DNA of 64,000 nucleotides from Eledone cirrhosa (taxonomy: Eukaryota). Positions within the stretch are counted from its first letter, which is position 1, and each line of letters starts with the position of its first letter. The notes under the pieces are model-generated. The model saw nothing but the letters and a program-made list of their open reading frames with translations. It did no database searches and was not told the DNA's origin. The translations under genes were made by a program, and so were the position numbers. The stretch is from contig OZ024749.1 of assembly GCA_964016885.1 (NCBI GenBank), forward strand, positions 49,476,001 to 49,540,000, read 5' to 3'. Positions 47,481 to 63,874 of the stretch are shown here, one piece after another.

Positions 47481-47985
47481 TGCCTAGCGGCTACTTTATT
47501 TTATCCACCTTGTAATGATGACAGGCACAGCTAACTTAAATGTTTTATCTTCAATGGGATGACATCTTAGAATAACATCTCAATGTTAAATGACGTGGCG
47601 AAATATTCTTACAGTGACTTTGTTAATGTTTACCAGCGTAAACTATTACAATAAAGATTCCTGATTATTAAGTACCCGTTCAATGAACAATAGCGATGCT
47701 AATATGTGCTGTACACAGCTAATTGCTGAAGGTTTGAACAAACAGAATTGGAGACGAACATATCTGTCGACCTTTCAATTACAGTGTCAGGTTCGAAGTA
47801 TAATAGATCTTGCCTCGAGTTGATCGATAGAGAAACATATGTAATATGTTATTAAATATTGTATGTAGCAACACTGAATCCGTGTTCCTTATCATTATGA
47901 TATTATACTCTGCTCTGCGCGAGCATCGAGTACTCAACCGGCATACCGCCTACGGACGCATTTTTCTTGCTACTTTACAACTATA

Positions 47986-48015
47986 TATTGGGTTGTAACA
48001 TACATTCCCGCCGTT
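47986..48015 (+). mobile_element. Possible mariner-type terminal inverted repeat remnant
   Basis: TATTGGGTTGTAACATACATTCCCGCCGTT resembles mariner ends (TA-TTGGGTTG...). No partner TIR or transposase was seen. Confidence 0.3.
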
Positions 48016-49245
48016 GTAATATATATATATATATATATATATTTCTCACTGAATATTTCTCAATATAAAATGGTAGATTGTTGATGTTCCTGTGGTTCTG
48101 CAAATCTATTATAAATGCCTATTTGAAATATAATTTTTAATAGCAGAATATTTAATGTAACCTTTGCTACGCTTGGCATTCAACTATTTATGTATGTTAT
48201 TATTCGTTCAGTGCCATCCGCCTTCATGAACGGTAAGCTTTAAGTACCAGGGATACCAAACATAATATTCTCTATTCAAAATATGGTTGATGAATTGTTT
48301 AAACTTTATAGTGTCTCTGTAGTTTACCATGCTAATGCTTTAATCTATTTCGACAACGAGTACTCAGTTGCTACTCAGTTGAAACTAACTAATAATTAAA
48401 TGTACAAGCAGCTGGGGCATTTTATAAACGTAAATGCATTTGAGGTATATTCTCAAACCATTTAACTAGAAAGCGTATGTGACAAGCTGAACATCTGAAT
48501 AACATATGCCTCGGGATTTTATATATTTTCAGATTACACATATTATTTTACAAATATGAGTCGAATAGAAACGTATGGAAATACATCTTACTCGAACCTG
48601 GGACTTATGGATTCTGAATTCAAAATCATGACCCTCAATTTCATTCTTCAGCCAAAAATACGTCATAAATACGATGCTATTGCTAGTAAGGTATCAACAT
48701 ATAATAACTGGCTTCGAAAAACATAGTTGTGTATTCTATTTCACAGTAATTCAGAATAACAACATAATTTTACGGAAGCTATTTATTTCTAAATCAATAT
48801 TGCTATAGTAACAGTTCCTTGTTTCAAAACAAATATTGCTGTTATAAGATTCTCAACATTATAAGGAAACCACTGACCAGAAAGAATAAAAATATATATA
48901 TATTTCTTTATAGTTCTCTAATGAACCACATCAAACTAAGAAAAGATCAATCATTTCAATGTCGGTAAACACTAATCTAGTCTTATTCATAAACTTGATC
49001 AATACAAACTAAGATCACCAAATATGTGATATATTCTACTCGGAGAAGTGAATAGGAGACGAATCTAATAAGTATTATACAGGTTATTTTATCGATCTAT
49101 CCGTCTATCACTCTATCTATGAATCTCTCTCTCTCTCTCTATCATATATATAATATATATATATATATGTATATATATATAATATATATATATATTATAT
49201 ATATATATATAATATATATATATAATATATATATATATAATATAT

Positions 49246-50580
49246 AAAAGATTTCCATGTATTTTATTATGCGCATTTCAAAAACAAATATCATCATGCG
49301 ATGATACTTGAATGCTTCTCATACTTGAATGCTTCTCTATCCAAGACATGTAATCTCTGTTTATGTGAGAAATTTACCATTATATCTAATTTAGATTCTA
49401 TAATAAATAGACGCACTGACTTGTTTTCTCTCTGCTTGCATACATTCTACAGAATATTCCATAAAGTATACAGCTAATATCTAATACTTTACCAATTTAA
49501 AATCCTTTTTCTCAAAGGCACATATATATATACATATATATTTCTTTAAAAATATACCCATCTTTCTACCTTATTTCAATGTTATTTATTATACATTATA
49601 TAATACTAGTTACTCATTCTATATCACTCCTATTTATCACTTCACTTTCTTTTTTTACTTTTTTCTTTTAATTTCTAACCTCTAATCTGTACCTTTTCAT
49701 CCTAGATAATTCTCATTAATACTCACCACAATATATCCACTATTCCTTCTTCCATCCAATCACTGACCATAACATTTAATATTAACCTTTTAAATACTTT
49801 CTAGTATCACCTTGAAAAATCCATCGTAAACATAAACATTTTTTTTTACGTTAGATTATTCATCCTCAATTCATTATTTTTTTCTCCCTTTCATGCTCAT
49901 CTAACTTCTACATATTACACATATTCACCCACTCTTCTACTTCTTTTCACAATATATCCTTAATCACTATTTTTATTTTTTTTTAATAATACATATCAAC
50001 AATTTTTTCCATCGCACATATTAAACCCTTCAATATTCAAACCTTAACTTAATATTATTCTTAATACATATTAACAATTTCTTTTCATCGCACATATTAT
50101 TAAACCCTTCAATGTACAAACGTTAATTTAACATTATTCAAAAATGTTTTTTCTCTTCGTTAATTTTCAAATTCTTTTAATTTATATATTATCTTCAAAC
50201 GGTTTTTTAACCACTCTCTGTAAAACAATATATTTTTCTCAGTTATAAAAGCTATCTCTCTCTCTATATCACCCATCTCTCCTCCTATCTCCTCCTTCCT
50301 TATTATACACCTCCCCCTCTATTCTTTACTCTCATCTCCTCCTCTTTTTCATCCTTTCTACCGACCCCCCTCAACAATTTTTTTCCCAATATCACACATC
50401 AATCTAAAACTACTTTTCATATGTGATTTAAAACTGCACTATTCACAAGGTTTTTAAAACTTAATATCATGTCTCCCTATGTTATCTGACGAAAACGCAA
50501 ATGTCATCGCATGATGATATTTGTTTTGGAAATGCGCCTAATAAAATATATGGAACTCTTTTAACCATCTTTTGATCTTA
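49246..50580 (+). mobile_element. Heavily decayed Penelope-like element with 3' HHR and inverted partial pseudo-LTR at the 5' end
   Basis: 49246-49306 is the reverse complement of ~50502-50562. The G-poor body is ~1.1 kb. A 17-bp tandem duplication ATACTTGAATGCTTCTC lies at the junction, and TA tracts flank the element. Confidence 0.65.
50478..50548 (+). ncRNA. Type I hammerhead ribozyme motif (stem III mutated)
   Basis: TATGTTAT-CTGACGA(50486-50492)-[AAATGTCATC-GCAT-GATGATATTT hairpin]-GAAA(50529-50532)-TGCGCC-TA/ATAAAATA. The inverted copy retains palindromic ATGCGCAT. Confidence 0.7.
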
Positions 50581-51875
50581 TATATTATTTATACTGTAGA
50601 ATGCTACTTATCCGATATCTGCATTGCTTTATTGTACTGCAACAAAACTCACCTCCTACACACACATATATATGTATATACATACATATATATAGACATA
50701 AATATATATGTCAGGCTTTTCTGGTGATTTCCTTCGAATGAAACAATTCTAGTCCCCTAGAAGACATATCTATATTAATATTTGTATATACTCACTAATG
50801 TATTCAGTACCTTATTTACTGTGGTTACCTCAGATTGAACCGGGGATTCATATATATATATATACATATATATTTAGGGTGGGTGTTGTGTGGACGTATG
50901 TGTGTTTGTGCACTTCAATTTGTATAAGTTTGTAGAGGTATATGTGTGATGAAACATGTAATTAAACTTATCATATGTTTGTTACGCAATGATGCTAGTA
51001 AGACTACATACATTACTTCATTATCCGACGGACATTTAACCAATCCTCTATGAGTTTGCCTTCGTAACCACCTGGATAGTAACATAAATGTCCGCAGCAA
51101 TATAATGAATATATATTTACCTAAACCCACACACATACACAGAGGGTCAAATCACGCCCATCGTGAACACCACAGTACGTATGCTCGTAAAATATTTTAC
51201 ATTACAATTATGAGAGTAAATTTAATTCACAATAGTGATGAATATTTAATCTTTAAAATAGAAACATTAGACACGATGATGCCGAAAAAAAATTAAACAC
51301 ATTACTACTACACATACACCATAATTTTGATTCGGAAAATTAAACAAATAGCGGTGAGATATATCTCTAGACAGGATGATGTACATTCTCTTTTGTTTTT
51401 TCGTTCGTATAACACACACACACACACATATATATATTTATATATATATATATATAAAGTGAAAGAGGAAGAAAGTAAGCGAAGGAAGGAGAGATACATA
51501 TGAAGATATGCATGTAGTTTCAGCAACATAATTAAATGAGAGAGTAATTTTGGTTTATATAACAAATTTCCAACGAGGTGTGTAGTACATATTGACGGAT
51601 ACTATGTAGTATCACAACACGAAACAATAAACGAAAATACTAGAGTAATTTTACAGAACATACAAAGGTCTTTGGGAAGGGAAATATCTGATAATAAGTT
51701 TCCTGACATTAGCAAAGATTCTAGACAGATACATCCATAATGTATCACTGGCGCATTCTAATCGCCCGAATTAATCAGAAATTATCATTGCAAAACAAGC
51801 ATGAAAAGAAACACTGCAAAATAACTTCTTGAGTTAACAAACATCATTGTCTTTATCGAATGTACTATATGAAGC

Positions 51876-51985
<110 letters not shown>

Positions 51986-52968
51986 CATATAGATAGGTAT
52001 ATATATATATGTAGATGGAGACAGAGAGTGAGATATTTTCGTGAATTCAATGTCACAAATGCAAAGATGCATCAGCGATTTACCTTTCGAACGACCTGCC
52101 AGTATTCGACTATCGTATATAGAGTACAATCTAAACGCATTCTAATTAATTTTAATTGGAGGACAGGGAATGTATTCAATAGATGTTTCTGGTGGTTATT
52201 AATATGGTTAACCAGACATATGTAAATTGTGTTTTCCCTTCACAAACTTACTGTTCCTTATTATTTGATAACGTGTGTAGCTTTGCTTTGGTTTTCGATA
52301 CCAAATTTACCCAAATTGTTTTAATGCATTTGATAATAAAATATTTCATTTCCTGATGAATGTTACATCAAAATACTCTCCGCCGTTCTCTTTAACAAGG
52401 GCATTAGCTACGTCATGCATATCTTCACTATCTACTTCTTCATAAACATCATCATCATCATCATCAGCGTTAATCAAATCAACATCATATTCATCATTAT
52501 CATCATGTTTTCGAACGGTTCACGCAAACTTATATCGCTTCAAATAGTGCATGCCCCCGACTGTGTCACTTTGTTTCGTTTATTATATCATCATTTCCCT
52601 TTCACAGAATCCTTGTTTTTGTCACAAAGATTATCAGTGTTAAGCCATGGTTGTACGTATGTATGTGTGTGATGGTGGTTTGGTGGGGCCAAGGTGAGTT
52701 AAACCATGATTACTCATCATTTGATATATATGACGCTATATGTCTGAAATTTCTAGGTGTCTCATTCCTCGTGGTGTAGGAGTCGTCTAATATATTTGCC
52801 AATAGAAAGACTACCTGACATACATTATTAGCTCAAAATTCCCCATTCTCTGTGTACGACACCCTCTGTGAATTTTCTTAACAGATTTAGTTGATAGCGC
52901 CATGTTTCATTCCTATGATTGATATTTGTTATGTGTGCTCATAGCCAAAGCCTTCATTTTGGAAATGC

Positions 52969-53048
<80 letters not shown>

Positions 53049-53368
53049 CATCGACTGTATTTTGACTTCTATGTATTATTAAATTTATTAATATTAACAT
53101 TATTATCGTTACTATTATACATTTCTTCTTAATCTTTTGTGATATTATTGCCAATAGCCGTGCACTCACACGGCTAAATTTCGATCGAGAGAAAACAGTA
53201 ATAGAATGAAAGAAAACTCTATTAATATCTCATTTTATTGTTGTTAGGAACCTTCTTCTTCATCTTATTCCTACCACTACTACTGATATTACTATCATTA
53301 CTATCTTTCCATAAAGCTCCATTAGAGAAGTAACATTACATTATTCTAAAAGATATTTATTTTTATTC

Positions 53369-53474
<106 letters not shown>

Positions 53475-53877
53475 ATATATCTCTATGTGCATGTGTGTGT
53501 CTATGTATATATATATATTATATATACACTATTTTTTATATTTTCTCTCAATTATTCTTGAATGTTGTCTCGAAAGTTACGTTACATTTTCCTCAATTCT
53601 ACTTTATTGTAAATCCTATAACATATACCACTTTTGATCTTAAATCAGACCAAAAGTTAATGTACTGTTAACTAGATTTTCTTTTGCTTTCACGCATTGA
53701 ATTTGTCATATACTACATCATTCGCATCGAACTTGCTTTTACTTATTTCATGTTTCTTATTGACATTTTCTTTCTTTTTACTATTCTTCCCCGGGCTTAC
53801 ATATACACACACACAAACACTCACCCTTGTCTCTCTATCTCTCTCTATATATACATATATTTATATATGTGAGTAGG

Positions 53878-53965
<88 letters not shown>

Positions 53966-53991
53966 CATGTGCATGCGTATATAGCTGCTAT

Positions 53992-54027
<36 letters not shown>

Positions 54028-54269
54028 TGCGTGTGTGTGTGCGTGTGTATTTTTGTTTGACATTTATATAAATACATTAAGCTTATTTCTAATTTCATTT
54101 TTCCTAAATCTAATATACATTTTCCGTTGAATTTACATTCTGAGAGATAAACAGAAACAATTTTATGTTTAGATGTCATAGAAATAAGTATAAGATATAA
54201 AGACACCAACAACCGCCCTTTACCACCAACTACCACCACCACCACCACCACCAGAAACAACATTAAATG

Positions 54270-54410
54270 TTTTCTGTATTTGGCATAAGGACAGCAATTT
54301 GAATTTAAGAAGAATGTCGATTAAATTTACCCCACCACGTTACTAGTATATTATTTTATCGTCCCCGTAAAAACAAAATACTACGATTACCTTGGCTGGA
54401 ATTGAAACAA
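54270..54410 (-). mobile_element. Old diverged SINE copy
   Basis: TTTGGCATAAGGACAGCAATT...TTACTAGTATATTATTTTATCGTCCCCGTAA aligns to the family. Confidence 0.65.
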
Positions 54411-55134
54411 TATGCTGCAAATCTCTTGAGAAATATATCTTTTAACAGCAACGGTAAGTCTCACTCAGTTGGATTTGTAATAAGGTTGAGTTACCCGTCC
54501 AAATATTTCAATGTTATGACAATGTTGTGTATCGTAAAATACGTTGTATCGAATAACTTTTAATAAGCAATAAAATACTAAATGCTGATATTTTGAGTAC
54601 TTCTACTAGAAAGGAATTTTATATTTTTAATTTGCTAAAGTGCAAATGGCTGCTGCATCTAGGTGTCTAAATCTATTAATTTTCAATTTCTAATGCTTCA
54701 CTTTCTATTCAGTCTTTGTTAATCTTTTTAATAATATATTTTCATTGCCGGATTAATCGGTGATAGTTCATTTGTCACTAACAAATCTACAACGACAACG
54801 CCTGAAGAAGACATGAAATACCTAATAAACAACACCGTGAAGAAACGTAATATAAAATTCCAATTCACAGACCTTTTCCCCACCTCAGGTAATGTCAGAT
54901 CTCAAAAAGTTTCCAAATTTCTTGTTTACAAATTAAAACAACATCAACATCAACAAAGGTCGCTCATGAATTAACTATAAGCGAAATTACAATTATTCCT
55001 AGAGCTATATAAAGAAATAGGGTTCAACATATAATAACAATGTTGATGATGAAGACGATGATGCTGACGACGACGATAAGAAGGAGATGAACAATACTAT
55101 GAGAAATGTTTATAGTACTAGTGTTAATAATATT

Positions 55135-55320
55135 GTTTCTACTTTTGGCATATGGCCAGCAATTATGCCAGTGCATTACTGGTACTTTACTTTATCAACA
55201 CCGTAAGGATGAAAGGCAAAGTTAACCTCGGCGGAATTTGAACTCAGACCGTTAAGGGCCCTAAGTCTATACTGCAAAGCATGGCGTCGTTCGACCCTCT
55301 ACTGAGAATCTAACCGTGCG
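55135..55320 (-). mobile_element. SINE with 16-bp TSD
   Basis: Family match. TAGTGTTAATAATATT at 55119-55134 and 55321-55336. Confidence 0.9.
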
Positions 55321-56117
55321 TAGTGTTAATAATATTAATAACATTTTCATAAATAAATGTTGAAATCACTATGAAAATGATTAAACGTAATGATAATTCA
55401 CCAAGTTCCTCCAATGTTACATATTATACATTTTTCTTTATAACTCTCTCCAAGCATGTTTATTTTTTCAAATATGAATATATTTAAATCGGGACGACAG
55501 CTATTTGATTGCCATGTCTACCCGTTGAAGCAGCTGCCTTAGAATCCTGTATTACTTTCTCATAGGAGCGTCGGAATATCTAGAATATTGAGCTAGGTTT
55601 TGTGTATATACAGACCAAAGTTTATCGTGTAAAAATGCAATCACTGTTATGGAGACAACTATAAACCGTATTTTGTTATAGAAGTTGATGTTCATAATCA
55701 ACCACGTTACCAACCGTGTCTTTTTTACAGCTGCTAGAATCGGATTTAATACGATCGAGCCAGTAGCTAAAAGAGACGCACGTTGGCCTGAATATCTACG
55801 AGTTTTTTGAAATATCTGAAGACAAGAACATAGACAGACATAATCAACAACACAACTATTCCCACACTATATGTCCTTTCGCAAATCCAAGAAATCAATA
55901 CATCTCTAAAAGCAACACGGATATAGCACAAACTACATTCTCCTTGTCTTATATTTAGATAGAATATGATTATATTCATATTAATCATAGCTGCCATTCT
56001 ACGAGAAAGAGTTGTCATACATTTAATAATTCAAGTTTCACTTTCACAAACACGTTTTAATACACACACACAGACACATACAATACAGACAGGGGCACTC
56101 GCAATGGAGGGCACACA

Positions 56118-56153
<36 letters not shown>

Positions 56154-56158
56154 CATAC

Positions 56159-56322
56159 ATAGGAACGAGTAGGTCCCCGACGGCTGAGTCGAGAATTAGC
56201 CGTCGAAACGGCTTGAGCTCAGCCGTCGGGTCCTACTCGTTCCTATTACCCATTCTACTACCCTAAGTATTGAGTACTTTGGTGCGGTATGGCCTGTCTG
56301 GTTCCTTACCACATTTACTTCG

Positions 56323-56324
<2 letters not shown>
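56159..56324 (+). mobile_element. TA-embedded fold-back family, copy D
   Basis: ATAGGAACGAGTAGGTCCCCGACGGCTGAG is inverted against CTCAGCCGTCGGGTCCTACTCGTTCCTAT, with internal TAGCCGTCGAAACGGC. Confidence 0.8.
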
Positions 56325-56371
<47 letters not shown>

Positions 56372-56634
56372 TGTATGTATGTATTGCAGAAGCAGGAGTC
56401 CTATAATAAAAAATTATAATAATAATAATAATAATAAACTAATAAACTAATGGGAACTGCCCATATACTAAGGAAGGTTATATCAATATAAGTACATTAC
56501 AAGTCTAAACACTAAAGATGCATGTGTGAGTGTGTATGTTCTTTCTTGAACATGGCGGACCTTGTTGTCTCTTGAGGTCACTGATTGTGACTTGGTGATA
56601 ACTTGTATGAACATAAAGCAAGATAAATGCAACT

Positions 56635-56635
<1 letters not shown>

Positions 56636-56682
<47 letters not shown>

Positions 56683-56724
56683 TCGGCATATATCTCAGAA
56701 ACAATAATGAAAGAAAATAGAAAC

Positions 56725-56759
<35 letters not shown>
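56636..56759. repeat. (TAA)n microsatellites
   Basis: Direct reading. Confidence 0.92.
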
Positions 56760-56760
<1 letters not shown>

Positions 56761-56838
56761 GAGAAGAAAGTATGTTGAGTAGGATGATACAACAACAAAA
56801 ACACATGATGCGAATATCATTATAACAAGTCAGATAAT

Positions 56839-57025
56839 TGTTTCTACTTTTGGCACAAGGCCAGCAATTACTCAGTGCATTACTGGTTCTTTATTTTATC
56901 GACCCCATGAGGATGAAAGGCAAAGTTAACCTCGGCGGGATTTAAACTCAGAATAGCAAGGGCCGTAACTCTATGCGTCAAAGCATGGCGTCCGACCCTC
57001 TACCGATACTGCCAATCCACCGCCC
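56839..57025 (-). mobile_element. Full-length SINE with 18-bp TSD
   Basis: Family match. TATAACAAGTCAGATAAT at 56821-56838 and 57026-57043. Confidence 0.93.
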
Positions 57026-58134
57026 TATAACAAGTCAGATAATGAAGCCTAATAAACCTAATATTTACATATATGCCTAGCAGTAAATATATCAATGCTA
57101 TGAACTGCACACATTTTACTGACGTTAGAATAGAAAATGAAATATCAAAACAAAGTACAGCACACGTCGAAGCTTCACTAGATGCGTTAGGTTGCGCAAC
57201 TAAATTTCAACATAATATGAAATTTGAATAATAAAAGTTCTAAAAGTAATGATAAAATCCTTCTATGCATGTTCTACGTGATGTCCCAATTCTTATTCCA
57301 GGAAAGAAAATTATTGATATATATATGTATATATTTTTTCAAACAAGAATAATAATGTTATAACAGAAAAAAAGAAAGCATAGGAATCGACAAAATAGTA
57401 AGAATAGAGGTGTTGAAAATAGCATTGATGTTATTGATTGAAAATGCATGCAAGTTTTCCAGATTTAGATAATACCTTATACATACAAATAGTATATTTT
57501 GAGCATCTTGCTATATTTACAATGGAAAATCTGCTAGCACTGCTATATAACTATGTCATATATGGTACGTGAACATCGATGAAATAACTGGAAATAAGAA
57601 AATAACAATATTCTGAGCAATAGAGATAGCTACGTATTACATTATAATAGATTATGGTACCGATGCAAACATGAAAGACAAAATATCTATGTTTTTAGAA
57701 ATTGATTGATATAACATATGTGGTGAATAGATATATAGTAATCATTGAAAACGAAATCTTTCTTTGATTGAAATGATTCCACGCTGATATACACTGGTTA
57801 TTTTATTTATTTTTGTTAGAAATGATTTGTGTTCTCGGTGTCGTATATCTCGACAAGGAAGAGGTATATGATTCGAATACTGTCAGTGAGTGTTTAGAAA
57901 GTTTAAGGGAGATTGCATGAGCATAGTTATTTATAAATAAATATATGGTCACATAGCAATCTAGTATCACAAAGGTATATATTTTGCTATTTTTTTTTCA
58001 GGTGAAGATTATTTACCTCAGAAAATACAATCTATTTTATTCTTCCCAATTCATGAAGTTACATGTCACCCAGAAGATTGTGTATATCATTATGGGATCT
58101 TCATAAGGATCACATAGCATTATTATGCTTCCGA

Positions 58135-58316
58135 CGATGGATTGGCAGTATCAGTAGAGGGTCGGACGCCCTGCATTCCAGCATAGTTACGTCCCTTCAC
58201 GATCTGAGTTCAAATCCCGCCGAGGTTGACTTTGCCTTTCATCCTTACGGGGTCAATAAAATAAAGTACCAGTAATGCACTGGGTAATTGCTGGCCTTGT
58301 GCCTAAAGTAGAGACA
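58135..58316 (+). mobile_element. Full-length SINE with 13-bp TSD
   Basis: Family match. ATTATGCTTCCGA at 58122-58134 and 58317-58329. Confidence 0.93.
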
Positions 58317-58675
58317 ATTATGCTTCCGAGGATTGATAAAATTATTTGATTCTGAACATTCGAACCGGGGTTTGCTGTTGATTAGACACATTGTAAAGTA
58401 GGTCAACTATATTTATTATGTGTATGTTTTCAAAAGTAAAGCTACCGTATTTTCGACTATCTATTATTACATTATCACTTTTTTAACATTGGTTATGCCG
58501 TAGATAATCTGTTATTGGGTAAATATTGGGTCATTCTTTTTCTCACGCTTATAGCCGATGCGAACATTACATATTAGATACGTGGCCCTGTTTGTTGTAT
58601 ATTTGTATATGTAATTAAACGTTATTGAAACCAGCAGATTTCATATATAAGAATGTCCATGTGAGTTCATCCGTG

Positions 58676-58710
<35 letters not shown>

Positions 58711-59909
58711 TTATTTCACTGTAATTGCTACAAATGCCACGTATTAACATTTAGATGTATTTACATATACACATTAAAAGCAAACGCAGTGTTACTATTA
58801 ATTTTTAGTTGAAACAGTTTATATTTATTATCATTATAATATATTATTATTATTATTAGTAGTAGTATTAGTAGGTGTAGTAGTATCATCATCATCATGA
58901 CCTACACCATTATTATTAGTAGTAACAGCAGCAGCATAAACAAATGCAGCAAGGATATTACTATTAGTAATAGTAATGTTACTAACGTTATTGCTATTTA
59001 TTTCATATCGATTATATTGACAAAAGCAGGATGAAAGGAAAAGTTGACTCTGCAGTATTTGTCCGCTGAAGGAAGGAAATCATAACCATTTAATCGGTGC
59101 ATTAATGTGTCTTCCCCGACTACCGGTTTGTATATGAATAATATTATTTCTTACATTGGCACTTCGCCATGAATGCGGCGTGTTGAGACTTATAGTCAAT
59201 TTAATCGAGCCTAGAATGTGACTGATATGTATTGTATCAAGCATGTAATGCTGCAATGCTGAGTATATAGCAATTTCAATTTAAAAGGTAATGTTTCATA
59301 CGTAGAGACTGTAAAACGTTTTACATCAGTCCAGTGAATCAGGTTGTCCATTAACAAAATCGTTAGCGAGGCAGATTTAATACCTTGTGTATTTTACCCG
59401 CTCGCATCACTTCGCGTTCTTATAATGTTGAGGTCAGCTTTGCCTCTTTTATTATATAGAATTATAAGGTGAGAGTTTGCTTTAATTCTATATGGAGAGT
59501 GCGTTCTTAGTTAGTATTCCTCCACATCTCACGCAGAATATAGAAGACACGCGAAATGATGGTGCCACCCAATACTTAAATCATTCATATTATCTATTAA
59601 CTGAGAACATAAAATTCCAGTTAATTCTCTGCAAATTTGGACTTTAAAAAATCATCATGGAATACATTTTTGAGATTGTAGGCTTGTGAAATGTGGAATG
59701 CTTTTCTGCAAACTTCCACTCAATCACGTTTGTTCTGCTGACAAAACAGCAAATATACAACAATGCCATGAGATTTCCTTCAATATTTATGTAGGCTAAA
59801 CCATAAAAACACGAATGACTAATAATATTTTATTTCGTACACTATCTGAAATTAACGTTCATAATTTTAGACAAAGGCTATATATTAACCCACGAAAATG
59901 TTATTTAAT

Positions 59910-60088
59910 TGTTTCTACATTTGGTACAGGGACAACAATTACCCAATACATTACTGCTACTTTAATTTATCGACCACGTAAGGATGAAAGGCAAAGTTAA
60001 CCTAGGCGGGATTTGAAATCAGTGTGTAAAGGGACGTAACTATGTTGGAAATCATGGCGTCCGACTCTCTATCGATACTGCCAATCCA
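59910..60088 (-). mobile_element. SINE copy
   Basis: TGTTTCTACATTTGG...AAGGATGAAAGGCAAAGTTAACCTAGGCGGGATTTGAA...GATACTGCCAATCCA. Confidence 0.9.
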
Positions 60089-60520
60089 TATTAACTGAAA
60101 TTTAATATGCTCTTTATTGCATCCACAATTATTCTGGCTTTCATACACATCATATACAGGTGTACGGTATTACATGTCTAGCAATATAGTAGTCATCATC
60201 GTGGTTTAGCATATAAATTACAAACAATTTTATGAATTCAAATGAGTTTTAATACAATCATTTATCACATGTAAATTTCACACGGATGAAAATACGCCAC
60301 ATATACATATATATATATATATGTAGATAAATCTACCAAGAGTTTACGGTAGTGTCCAATCCGTATGAAGAACTCAATGTATTCCGGATATCATGGAAAG
60401 AAGAGATGTAATGAAAAATCACTTTCGGTGAAAGATAAACGGTATACAGAGTCAAGATAAAATATTAAACAAATAATGAATAAACAATGAAACAGTTCCT
60501 TATATTAAACAAAAAAAGTT

Positions 60521-60669
60521 CATTATTTAACGATCGTTTCTAGGATATATATGTGTTAGAATTGGCATGCATATTCAACAGATCTATGTACAAAATTATA
60601 CAAAATTATACAAACTATCAAGATTAAATATACATACCAACACATATATACGCCGTCTTCAGAAATAAT
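60521..60669 (-). ncRNA. Mirror-image hammerhead motif on the other palindrome arm
   Basis: Reverse-complement copy of 60672-60820. Confidence 0.72.
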
Positions 60670-60670
60670 A

Positions 60671-60820
60671 CATTATTTCTGAAGACGGCGTATATATGTG
60701 TTGGTATGTATATTTAATCTTGATAGTTTGTATAATTTTGTATAATTTTGTACATAGATCTGTTGAATATGCATGCCAATTCTAACACATATATATCCTA
60801 GAAACGATCGTTAAATAATG
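60671..60820 (+). ncRNA. Type I hammerhead ribozyme motif with a 115-nt stem II
   Basis: CATTATTT-CTGAAGA(60679-60685)-[long hairpin]-GAAA(60801-60804)-CGATCG-TT/AAATAATG. 8-bp stem I, palindromic stem III ACGAUCGU, GUU site after 60812. Confidence 0.78.
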
Positions 60821-61099
60821 AACTTTTTTTGTTTAATATAAGGAACTGTTTCATTGTTTATTCATTATTTGTTTAATATTTTATATATATATATATATAT
60901 ATAAAGTTATGGGTACATATATCAGATGGCTTGTTACTGCCCATATAGAGAATATCCTATAATATTTGCTTGTGTAACCTATGCTATACCTAATGCTGAC
61001 ACAAAATAGAAATTTCCTAGACAGAACAGCGATTCTATGGAATCGTCCGTGTTGTATGATACTCATCTAAAAATATACTATTATCTAAATAGGATTCGT

Positions 61100-63523
<2,424 letters not shown>

Positions 63524-63874
63524 CAAGACGGAAGGCGCATTGTCACAATTCTAGTGACTGAAAGAAACGTCGGCACGTTACGTATCAAGGAAGCGCAAAT
63601 AAACAACCGATCAGAGAGAAGCGAAGTGAAATGGCTGGTTTAAGTTAACAAGCGATGCAACAACACACAACACACGCACACACACGCAAACGAGACAACT
63701 ACACACCCACACACACACACACACAGTAGCATTCCACCATACGAACATACTACACTGCCAATACAGATGAACAAGGCAACAACACACACACACACACACA
63801 CACACACTCAAGCGAGACAACACACGCACACACACACACACAGTAATATTTAACAAACAGGCAGAGAATGGACT

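Larger units (their letters stand above)
60457..60884. repeat. Apparently perfect inverted repeat: 213-bp arms, 2-nt spacer
   Basis: 60457-60669 is the reverse complement of 60672-60884, with spacer AC. Confidence 0.95.

Noticed and set aside
50714-50757. CTGGTGA-TTTC-CTTC-GAAT-GAAACAATT HHR-like string
   Set aside because: The core is mutated and there is no stem I. It may be a relic but cannot be supported.
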